A stretch of 64,000 nt of DNA from Phoronis australis (Eukaryota > Animalia > Phoronida), in NCBI GenBank assembly GCA_002633005.1, contig NMRA01000012.1:1480357-1544356 (forward strand), in the 5' to 3' direction. Both the position numbers and the translations under genes were made by a program. The notes under the pieces were generated by a model. That model saw nothing but the letters and a program-made list of their open reading frames with translations. It ran no database searches and had not been told where the DNA came from. Below are positions 14,401 to 26,597 of this stretch, in pieces. Position 1 is the first letter of the stretch. Every line of letters starts with the position of its first letter.

Positions 14401-17400
14401 GCCACGGTACTGGAAACCAAGAAGAACTGCGGCAATCCGCAGTGAAACCCGGGCTGCAACCGTACTCTGTGCCGGATCATCGTAATTTTAAGTGCATAAA
14501 ATTACCGCGCAGGACACCCTATAAATTCCCAGCCTCATATAGGTGCCGAATCCACACGGATCACATCCGGTATGTGAACCATGTAGCTTTTGTAGTGGTT
14601 CTCGGTGATCCCTGTTGGTCCTAGAACGCCAGACAAGGTACTTGGGGGTCCGTAAGGCTAACAAGACAGTCGTGGGGCGTTCAAAACTACTGCCGTGTTC
14701 GTCGGTGCTTATATGGGACTGGGGCTTTAACTTGGAATCGTCTTGTGATTAACGTGCAGGATACCGTAGCGATCTGTTGGTATTACGCGGTGGCCATGAC
14801 TCTAAAAATTCCTCTCCCGGTCGGACCTCATTTCACTTTTCTGTTTTTTGACTTCCCCTGTTCACTGCAAATGCCTACAGCAGTGTTGTCACTCAATCAT
14901 TTCAGGCCTTCCCCGGTCAGTCACATACAGTTTCTTCGAGTAATGAAATACATTTTTTGATTTAAAACTCACTTAAAGGAGAAGCAACCATTTTTCATGT
15001 CATTTTTAGTGAAAATATGGTTCGTTGATTACTCCAGACTTATTTTTCAGTCAATTACGACTTCTCGTATTTTATGTAATTGGTCATGCCCTAGTCCGGA
15101 AGAGACGGTCATGAGGGCTTAGAATTTCCAGCAATTTTGTTTTCATATAGTCTGAGTGTGTGAGCTGTCGAGTCAATCATTGTTTTACGTCTGCTGTGAT
15201 AAGTTCGGTCGTCGTTTGCGTTTGTTTACGAGACAGTCAACATGCCGCACGGTTGCTACGTACCAGTACGTACTCATTATCGTCTCACGTGCACTTAGGG
15301 TATGCCATTACATCGCTTTCCGACGGATGACACACTGCGTCGTACTCACAGGCGTCCTCAGCTTCTGATCGTCCCCAATACACTACATATAATACTACTA
15401 TATGTAGTGTATTGGGGACGATCAGAAGCTGAGGACGCCTGTGGTCGTACTAGGCTCGTTCGTGTGATGGACGCAGTGTTACCCGTCCACATGGCAAGCT
15501 TTTTCTGCCGTCGGATTACGAAAGAGTTATGTACACGGAAGTGATGAAGGTTCCTGCAAAACAACGCCTGAAGAAGTGTGCCATGCCGTCGCTGTTGATT
15601 TCCGGCAGTGCCCCGTTGCCACCTCCGAGAACTGCATTTTTGAAGCGAGAAGCCTCGCGAGCTTTGGCCTCTACAGTGACTCAAGCCCTTCTACTACTGT
15701 CACCCCTGTCTCCGAACGAACCTCAGAGCGTGCAGTTCCGGGAATTAGCGGTGAATTTGCCCTGTGCTTGTGTTGTCTCCAGCTCAGAGCCTGTAAGCAG
15801 CCCTGCAGCGATGTTGAGTTGTGAGATTGAATACAGGCCAGTTCGTCACCCAGTGCGGAAGACAGTTCGTTGTCCAGAGAACTGGCCGGTGAGCCAAACT
15901 TTGGTAAGTTTATTGTGGGATTGACTTAAGCATTGGAGCTATTTAGAAGGTGCCAGGTGTGTCGCAAGGAAGCCCCACGACGGAATGTAAGCTGTTTGGG
16001 TGCTAAGGTCACCATCCAGTGGGTGTGCGTATTCTGCCTCACTATACTCGGACTCAAATATATATCCATCTACTGACTGTTCGTTACCACTGCTTTGAAC
16101 AATGTCTCAGTCGCTCACAACACTGTGATAAGAGTCGGCGACTCCAGCTATTTTCAGGCTACTGCAAACTAAATGATCCTTAAAGGAGAATGCCATCCCA
16201 AAACAATCTATTTTGTATCAGTTTAGATCGAGTCGTTCCACTCGACAACAGCAAGTTCAGTTGTTTTACCTGACACCTAACGGCAGACGGAGGTGTTGAA
16301 ACTAACCAGTGACGTAATCGGTTCGAACGCAGTCTGTTCAGTCGTTCACAACACGCTTACTGGTGTCAACTTATCGCTTGAATTCATCGTTTTACACCAA
16401 TAAATCATCAAAATTCGATGTAAACCCCTTACAATTACATCGAGTTCTTGAACAAACATGTTGTTTTATTTCACTGTTTGGGATTTATAGACATTTACCA
16501 TGGTCAATCGCGTGAGTTTGGGCCTGTTTGGTGATAAATTCGAATCATTCTTCCGTGAAATACAGACGGGGGAACATAGCTGTGTGTTGTACTTTTAGAC
16601 GTACGATTTTTTCAGTTCTAAACGCACAAAACTCTTGTTACTCCCCGCCAGTGGCTCGGAACCCGATCAGGCCCGCCGGGACTGGACATCACGAACATAA
16701 ACCAGCTTAAGTTGGAAACTAAACCTCCAGTCACGAAGAGACTATAACAGTGAGCCAAAGAAATAATGTGCACGTAGCTATTTAGGTGAATTAGCCACGA
16801 AACTGAAAATCTACTTACTTGTTGAGGGCCACGAAGAAGTGAGGTTCCCCTTCCACGAACCGTCAGGACAATAAAGGTTGTACAGTAACAATGAGTTGAA
16901 TAATGTATTTGTGTATCTAAATAAAAATTCCGCTATCATGTGACCATAGCATATAAATCGCACAACAGCTTTGTGTCAGCAAACACTGAATTGGCATGCG
17001 CTCACACGGCCTCGGTGCCTGGCGGGTCAATTATCTTTATTGCATCTAAAGCCGGCCAGGTAACGCAGTGGTTTATTCATTGCTGGCTTCTCAAAACATC
17101 TGCACTCACGAATACTCCAAAGACATTACAAATTGTATCTAATGAGACAGACTTTTTCAGTCTCATATAAGCATTGGTTAGGGTGAGAATAATTCATTTT
17201 GAAACAGAACGCAGAATAATAAACGTCTACATGGCAACTCGCCCGGCGCCAACCCCGACTTAGTCGAGACCACATCCGACGAAGACTTCACGGGTCGGAT
17301 CGTTAGGTTTCACAGGTAATCAGCTCGAACCGGAATACACTGACCAAGAACTATTAGACATGCGCCGTGAGCATGCATAGGCAACGGAACGTATGGGTAG

Positions 17401-20400
17401 TTCTTTGGTAATCCGGAATTCGTCAGAGAAACCACTGTCGACGAAATGCCGGCCACAGACACGGAGATGTTTTACGGCCTCATACTTGTTATTAACAGCG
17501 TACTTTTCATTCTTCACTACCGCAGGCCACTTCCTAAGCATTTCGGGCTCTCGAGGAAGTCGATAAAACGATTTACCAGCTTTCTTCGTAGCTTCATATT
17601 AGTTCGAACAAGCGGGAACTATGCACAGCAATATAGCGGCATTCACTCTGCATAGGAACCACTGACGTCTCTGCGTCGTTTCTCACCTACCTCACAGGTT
17701 AACGCGACACCTCTCGGCAAGGTGAGGTCGACCGTATAAGAGGCGATGTGGATATAGACCGACTAAGATGGTAAAAAAACTAATCAAATCGAGTGGCATT
17801 CTCCTTTAAATCCAACGTAATTGAGTTCTCTATTAACCTAGCTTGTAGAATACTCGTCGATGGGCAGCGGTGAGGACAACTTTAGGAAACCAGCACGAAA
17901 ACGATCGTAGAGCAGAGCCTCATAGTAAACTCGAACGCAGAAACAAAATGGCGGGAAACTCCCTTAAAGGTCACTTCCGGAATAGGACATAGCTGATTAA
18001 TTAAATCACATGAAGCCGTAATTAACTGAAAGATATGTCTGGGATAATCAACAAACCGCATTTTTACTGAAAATGACATGAAAACAGGTTGCTTTCTCCT
18101 TTAACGTTATCAACTTGGTCACGAATTGTTTCTTCGTCAAACCTGTTGTGATTTCTGGGCTTCTAGTAAACTGGCACGAAGTTCACGGCGTGAACGGAAA
18201 TTTTATTAGCTGGGTCTGGAGAAATAACCAATTCTTCCCGAGCTCAGATATCACTTCTAAACTGGGTAAAGAACAATACAAGACCCGTTTTAAAACGGTT
18301 TTTGATAGAGGGCACGAGTTTAATGCTACGTTACTTTCTACTGATGTGTGAATAAACTGAGAGACACCGTAGCTCACCGACTGCCTGACTCAGGCTTCCC
18401 TTGAATGTGGTGTTTAGAATCACTTTGTATTAGGACTATCATGATCATTCATACATTACTGACATAAGCATATTAACTGTTAGTGAATACGGCAAAATAA
18501 GTGGAACCCTTCTTGTTGAATGGAACTCCGTTGATAAAACTTGGTGTACGCATTATGCCGATACGGTATAATTGTTCTTTCTGGACGTTCATCCCGAAGT
18601 TTGCTCTGCTTGGCTGTGTGAAAATAATTTAAGACTATACAGCGTGGAATGAAAAGAACGAGACGTGACGCATACATGTACAATGTTCATACCTGAGTTT
18701 GTGAGTCAAGTGTTAAAATGAAGGCCAGTTTGGGAATTTCCATAGTATCCTTGCTGTAACCTGCTTCAGCCCTGAAAAATAGAGACGAATATGGTTTCAT
18801 CCCTGCAGGCTCCATGTGCTATGCTGAACTTGGCGTGACTATAACGCGCTCTGGCGGCGAGTACGCGTATGTGATGGAAGCATTTGGCCCAGCGTTTGCC
18901 TTCCTCGTCAGCTGGGTGTCTGTACTGGTCATACGACCATCTAGTATAGCAATTATATGCATGTCATTTGCCGAATATGCGTTGGCTCCAATCTTTGACG
19001 CATGCGGGCCGCCAGATCTGATTACCAAGTTAGTCGCAGCAGCCGCCATTTGTGAGTACCGTCCCCATCGTCAGCATGCACTGTCACTGGAAAGTTTTGC
19101 TGTGCACTCGCTAGCTGCTGGCCTAGTCTCGAACCCAGAATCTACTTAGCATTTGAATCTGGTGAAGTTATTAGATAACTGGTTTTTGATTGACCAATCA
19201 AGAATTAGGTTCTCCGCAGTATCTGCTTGTCGATGTATACAAATCTGCTTAACTCGAAATTCACGTTTTACAACCTTAAGGTTATGTAGAACCCTAGAAA
19301 AATGGCCAAATTTGACTAAGTTTGGAAAATCATAGCTAAAAAATGTCTAATTGAATTCATACAAAACTTTGAGATGCTATGGTTCATGCAGTGTTCTCTG
19401 TTAGGAATTATTTTTAAAATGCATGAGAGAGTATAAAATATATGACTTATGATTTTCATGAAAAATCTAAAGTTGCATAAAACGCAAACAAAATGATAAT
19501 TTAAAAAACTGTAAGAGCGTTATTGAGATTCCATTTTGGGGCTATGGGCGGTATTGTTATGTTTTTTATCAATATACATTTCTTTATTGTTAAATTTTAC
19601 CAAATGGACTTGGTCACATGACCCAGTTAATGATTGGCTATTAAAAAAGTGAAAAACGGAATTTTACAGGCTTGCCTCTTTCATGAAATGTGTGTAAATA
19701 CACAGACAAGGGCCTACATAACCTTAACTAGCGTAACTTGTGCTATAATCTAGATGATACACCGTAGTGATCAGCACGCCCAATGCTTTCCGTTGGCACT
19801 CAAGTAAATCATTTTGTTTTGTTTTCAGTAAGTTTACACTTAGACACCCGTTTTTTATGTCATGACGTCTGTCCAAAAAGTACAACATACAACATAAATG
19901 TTTGAGGAGCGATCGAAAAATATATTTGTCTCACAAAATTACAGAAAACGAGAGAAGTTAAAGACGATTTTACATGTTGAAATACGCATACAGAGATTGT
20001 AGATTTGCATAGTAAAACCTAATCAAATGCTCTCGTTTTGAGTCTTCGCCAGACTCAAATGCTAAAATTATCCATAATGCCTTCGTTCGGCTAGAGGCAT
20101 TTTCCATGTCAGGTTCAACGTAGCCTCGCTTTAGCTCACTGCAAACACCATGACGTCACAACAGGCACATTTCGATTGCTTGGTTTCGACACACCGATTG
20201 AATGTTAAAAAATAAACCTGAGATCTCAGTCCGTCTGTTTTATGTATACATGTATAAATACATATGCGTATACATACACATTCACACACACACGCGCGCG
20301 CGCGAGGCTAAGCTAGCTAACGGACAAACGTATTAGTATCGTCTACACACAACCTACCCTAGAACAACTTGCCCCCCTTTAAGTGGAGCGGCCACACACA

Positions 20401-23400
20401 CATACCCGATAACTGGGGGTAAGACGGAAGTTGTCGCTTTGTGCATGACAATGCACAGCTGATGACAATACGGCGCGCAAAAGAAGACCCGTCTGTATGT
20501 AACCGTAGCTGATAAATACTTCCGCCTTGCCAAAGGTATGCGGCCACCCAACGATTAGAATTGGCACACGTTACCCAAGAACATTTTCCCCTACCTCGGT
20601 AAGGTGGAGTACGTGTTGTAGGGTAAGTCTGTGTGTGGACGGCACTTATGGGTGAGTAGTCTTACAAGGTTCTCCGCACTAAACGTGACGAACATTGTTT
20701 TATTCGTCTTGCCAATTGGCAGTGATCTCATCTTTCATCACTTCCCTCAAAGAAGAAAAGAAAACACGCTAAAATGGTTATACGACACGATGGAGTACCT
20801 AAACCTAGTTAGACCTACTCTTACCCTTTCAACCACTGATGATGTCATGAAGATTCCTTGAACAGCTTTTAGCTTAGTGATTTTAAGTCTCCAGTAGATT
20901 GTTTAAACTTGTATTGAAAATTTGTATTAATTCAAAGGATTTAACAGTACTCATTTACGCCAGGGTGGAAAATGTTTCGTTTTGACTCGAACATTAATCA
21001 TCTAGAATTGTTGCCTTGGCGTTATGTATCGACTTTGTTACGTAATATGAAACCGCAACTTCGATACTTCCACCTCGCTGTTAACCTGTATGCGGATCCC
21101 GTGTGTTTTTCGAGCATATCACGTTGCTACCGCAATCTCTGGTACACTTGGTTGCCTTGCACAAGATAGTTACTGAAGCAGTGATGACACAATTGAAGAG
21201 TTCCATAAACTTGGATTCAAGCACTTGGAAATTCTATTGATGTTGGCGAATAATCATGGCCACAGCTTCAGTCTAAGACAGATAAGTTGCACCTTAAAAC
21301 CCGAGGCAACAAATACGTCTTAGGTGATATTTGTGATGTTGTCGAAAGAAAGCTGGAAAAAATCTTCGTTATCTTAGTTTGCATAACAAAGCAACCAAGG
21401 TCCATAATAACAGACAGAATCCGTGAGTCAGATCATGCTTTAGCTTTTCCCAACCGTCGGTCCACAAGTGTGACAGGCCCGACTAACTGATCTTTCTTGC
21501 TTCCAAAATTGAACACCAGGAAAGCCCGTGGAAGGTAATCAAACGTACCAGGTATTGTGCTATCGACGTAAGAGTCTCGAAAAACACGTGGGAATAAATC
21601 TAGAGTCTATAACAGCAAGGCCGAAATATTTTTAGCAAAGTGTTGAAACATGAGATTAATGTCAGAGTAAAGTCAAATTGGATTTTACCCACGTAGAAAT
21701 GTTTCCACTTTAATGGGATTATTTTCTCCATGGGAGGCAATATTTCCACTCCGGTGACAAAGATCTAAATAGGTTTTAAAACAAAAGGAAAATTTGTAAA
21801 TGTCAGAAAAAAAATGTAATCGTTAAGCTACCCAAGACCGAGACGTGACTTGCAGCTGGACTACTACATGTCTAGGCCGATACGAGACTCATTTGTTACG
21901 CCACGTGTGGAATTTTTTGCATAACATTTGAATTTTTTTGTTTAATGATTCGTTCCTGGAGCTACTGAAGCTCATTTTAATAGACTCGCCAACAAATCCA
22001 AAAGTTAAATCAGAAACAAGCGACAGATAGCCTGTAACGAATCGGAGGCACTCATTACGTTTCTATACTCGCTTTCGTATCTAAATGAATATTAATGAGA
22101 TATTTTAATGAATATGTCATGATAAATGAAAAGCGAGTGAAGCAAAATACTGCACATTGAGTATGGAATTGTCTCAACAGGTTTAACATAATTCGACTCT
22201 TAACGTTGCCTCATTCCTCAATGCGACATGAAACGTAGTTGCAGTTGTTCTCACAGGGTACGAGAACGTTCAAGCAGAATAATAACGTGGTTCCTTTGGG
22301 GAAGGCACATTGCAGAAGCATGTCAGGACTAATGGCGAATATTTTCATTAAGCAGATAAAGTGTAACTCACAAGTTAAAAAATTTATCAAATCATAACAG
22401 GATAACTTTAAAAACGGCAACCTGCATTTCATCACGACTTTACCAATACGGCGACCAACAGTTTATGACGGCAACTGCGTTTTTTGAATTTTGGCTTGTG
22501 ATTGACTGGCGACAAAACTTTTATTGTACACGTGGTGATCGTGAAAAGTCATGCTCATACTCGACATCTTTGTAATCACTTTTATTCTATCACTACCTTC
22601 CAGTATGACAATGCCAGCTATTCACACTCACGACATGCATGGTAGCTTGGTACATATATTTGACCACAGTCATATGGTGTCAGTCAGTGTGACGAATAAG
22701 CCTAATTCACGGCTTAATGTAATTACTTGTACAAAAACACTCGGACCATTTTCAAGGCATCAGGAATGATTACAAAGTGTATTGTTCTGCTTATTGGAAT
22801 TTACCATCTTGTCTGTCCCAACTAATCACATAAAATCACCTTAATTCAGGATCACTGTGTTACGCCGAACTGGGAACTTTCGTCGCGCTCTCTGGTGGTG
22901 AATACGCGTATCTTCTTGAGGCGTTTGGACCAATCCCCGCTTTCCTTTTCTCCTGGGTGAAAGTGCTTGTTATTACTCCCTCGTCGCTTGCAATAATCAG
23001 CCTCACCTTCTCAGAGTATGCACTTACAACTTTCTTTGACGATTGTGGACCATCCACGTTTATCACGAAACTTCTCACTGGAGCAGTAATACGTAAGTAT
23101 GCCAACACCTTTCTGCAAAATAGAAGAGTGATAGATCGTGCACGTTCTTTAAAGCAAAGTATGTTTTTACGTCACTGAAGTGTATACTAGACGGTTTTAC
23201 ATAGAGTGCAAATGAACTTTACGCTCATAACCAATGTGCTCTTGCATATACATTCCCTTACGAAGTTTCCAAACCTAAACAAAAAGTTTCAACCTGTCAA
23301 CTCAGTGTAGTATTTCCGCTTCACCAGTACTAATTTATGAAGATTCAAACTTTACTTAAATGAAATGTCAGAGACAAAATAAATGCATTCAGGCTAACGA

Positions 23401-26400
23401 AGCTGCTCATTCATTCGATCAGCAGTGGAGCTCTGTTGCCTTGAATCTATAGTACTGAGTTTGCCGTGTTTGAGTATACATGTACTAGTTGTTTGTTTAG
23501 TTTGCTTAACGTTTGACACTTTTTAGTGTTTATTGTCGTGATGATGCTTTAGCAATTAAAGTGAAACGTTGAGCATGAAAATCTACGTAGTGGTGCTGGT
23601 TTTTAAATTTCTTTTTATGATTTGGCCAAAATGCGTCCATCTTGATCACTAAATTTGTTTTGGTATCAGACGGCAGACCAAAATGGAATGTAATAGGTTA
23701 TTGTATTTGCCTCTCGATATTAAAGAATGTATTTTCAGGTAACTGTTGTTTCAAGTACTTTTCACCAATATTCCAGTGGCGATCGTGATCATAAATTCGT
23801 ACTCTGTCAAGATGGCCGCCAAGGTCCAAGTCTTTTGTATGTTTGCTAAACTGGCTGCGCTTGCCATGATTATTGTCGGCGGTATCATCATGTTGGCACA
23901 AGGTATGAATTTTCTGATCTGCTCACGCCTATCATTTCAGCACCTCTTAAAATGCGTGTTTTCACCAGTGTGTAAAGACATTTCCACGACTTGTATCAGT
24001 GAGCGAACACCAACCGTATGTGAAGTTACACGTACCTCAATGCGAGCTCGTGTGGTCCTACGCTCTTTCGAATGTTTTCATAAATTAAGCCCAAAGAGTT
24101 GTAATAGCGTCGGTTATTGTTTGGGCGTTTTGAATGTAAGCGCCATCAGGGATCGCTTGCTGTATAAAGTCACGTTAACTTATTGACGCCGTTCCTTAGA
24201 TACTCTTTTGGTAGTCTTTGGCTTTAAGGTTGTCTCCAGCCATATTTAGTGGTCTCTATTCTAACTCGTATATAAAAAACTGAGCTTTGTCAACTAGTAG
24301 AAGATTAGGGAATGTGAAAATACTTTTTGTATTAATGTACCATTATTATTTTTCGTAAAAACCTTTTTTAAGTCAAAATTTTATTTGTAGGAAAGGTATA
24401 TTCATAGCAAAATAACCCCTTGGTCGATTTTAATGAAACTTTTTTAAATGAAAACTTCACCAGTTACCTCAATAACGTTGTTAGGAATTTTCGATTAGTC
24501 TTTTTGTTTGGTTTCTATGACAAATCAACTCGCACGTAAGGTATCTTTTTAGAAACCGTAAGTCGTATTCGTTTTGTTACATTACGCAAACAATAGGTCT
24601 TTATATCAAAAATCCTACCAGTGTTTTGAAACTGATGACTAAATATTAAGTTTGGAAAGTTTCAGCAAAATCCACCAAGCCGTTTTCGAGAAATCGTGTT
24701 CCTAATTTCAAATGAAGTCGATTTGCCGAAGCCGAGAAAAAGCCGATTAAACTGGGACAAGTGAAAATCTCCGAGTGTTCGGTTATTATTCGGTGAAAGC
24801 TTGTTTTCGGTACACATAATCTATACAAGCTATTTCAACATTCACTCGCAAAGTCAACTGATTTTGCAGTGCGTAGTTAACTTAAATTATCATTAAAACG
24901 TACCGGTCCCAGCTAACTACTGTTGTTTACGACCATTTGACCTACTTTATATGTAAATAGGTCACAGTTCATTGTTATACACATAGCCTGTACGTCACGT
25001 GCTGGGAGACTGATAGTACAAAACCAAGTAAGAAATGGGTAACAAAAATCGAATCAGTGGTTAAAGCATGTCGTTAGCATGAGACCGAAACATTGAAATG
25101 TCACGTGATTGCTTGAATGAAGGAATTAGGGTGAGGATTTATCTCTTTTCACAATTGGCTGTGTTCATGACCACAGAGGCCTGAGGCGACAGTAGCATTC
25201 GTTCTGAATGCCAACGGTCGTATGCATGTAGACGCACGACTCCCTTAGGATCAAAACAACGTTTTGTCTCTGTTGTCCCCGCAACAGGACGTGCAACTTG
25301 ACTGTGACGAAAACAAATAGCTCACTTGCGAGTTTCTCGCTAGTCACTGTGACGTCACCGGAAAGGGGGCAAAATCCGCCATATTGGTCTTGTTTTGCCC
25401 CGAGTCTTTGCTACACACGCTAAAACTTACTGGAGTTCTTATGGTGAATTTTACGCTTAAAACGTTAAAACAACTTAAGATATGGTAGATGGGTCGTGGA
25501 ATAACTGTGAATAGACGAAGAAAATGTGACCTTATTATGTTGTGCCAAGCTGTGAACGGACTGAAATTGGAACTTAACCCGCTCTAGGCCTGAATGGCGC
25601 AGGCATACAGGGGCGATAGTGTATCCCCTTAAAAAGATATTCACTTCAAAATACAGCAAATAAAATCAAATGAAACATGCATATGTGCACATGAAGTTAT
25701 AATTAACACATACCCTGACTCTGGACACAATTTAGTCTACAAATAACTTGAGCATATTCATGAAAACCTCCGGGTTCTCTCGAGTTTCTCNNNNNNNNNN
25801 NNNNNNNNNNNNNNNNNNNNNNNNNNNNNNNNNNNNNNNNNNNNNNNNNNNNNNNNNNNNNNNNNNNNNNNNNNNNNNNNNNNNNNNNNNNNNNNNNNNN
25901 NNNNNNNNNNNNNNNNNNNNNNNNNNNNNNNNNNNNNNNNNNNNNNNNNNNNNNNNNNNNNNNNNNNNNNNNNNNNNNNNNNNNNNNNNNNNNNNNNNNN
26001 NNNNNNNNNNNNNNNNNNNNNNNNNNNNNNNNNNNNNNNNNNNNNNNNNNNNNNNNNNNNNNNNNNNNNNNNNNNNNNNNNNNNNNNNNNNNNNNNNNNN
26101 NNNNNNNNNNNNNNNNNNNNNNNNNNNNNNNNNNNNNNNNNNNNNNNNNNNNNNNNNNNNNNNNNNNNNNNNNNNNNNNNNNNNNNNNNNNNNNNNNNNN
26201 NNNNNNNNNNNNNNNNNNNNNNNNNNNNNNNNNNNNNNNNNNNNNNNNNNNNNNNNNNNNNNNNNNNNNNNNNNNNNNNNNNNNNNNNNNNNNNNNNNNN
26301 NNNNNNNNNNNNNNNNNNNNNNNNNNNNNNNNNNNNNNNNNNNNNNNNNNNNNNNNNNNNNNNNNNNNNNNNNNNNNNNNNNNNNNNNNNNNNNNNNNNN

Positions 26401-26557
26401 NNNNNNNNNNNNNNNNNNNNNNNNNNNNNNNNNNNNNNNNNNNNNNNNNNNNNNNNNNNNNNNNNNNNNNNNNNNNNNNNNNNNNNNNNNNNNNNNNNNN
26501 NNNNNNNNNNNNNNNNNNNNNNNNNNNNNNNNNNNNNNNNNNNNNNNNNNNNNNNNN

Positions 26558-26597
<40 letters not shown>

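Noticed and set aside
15529-15924. 131-aa ORF
   Set aside because: Lies inside the Kolobok-like element downstream of a broken THAP; not a host gene
22850-23092. Exon 4b as remnant of a separate fourth gene
   Set aside because: No other duplicated exons nearby, and the same 4a-4b-5 order is present in gene C
18819-23108. Minus-strand ORFs over exons 4a/4b (also 28834, 52212, 58082)
   Set aside because: Antisense shadows of the transporter exons
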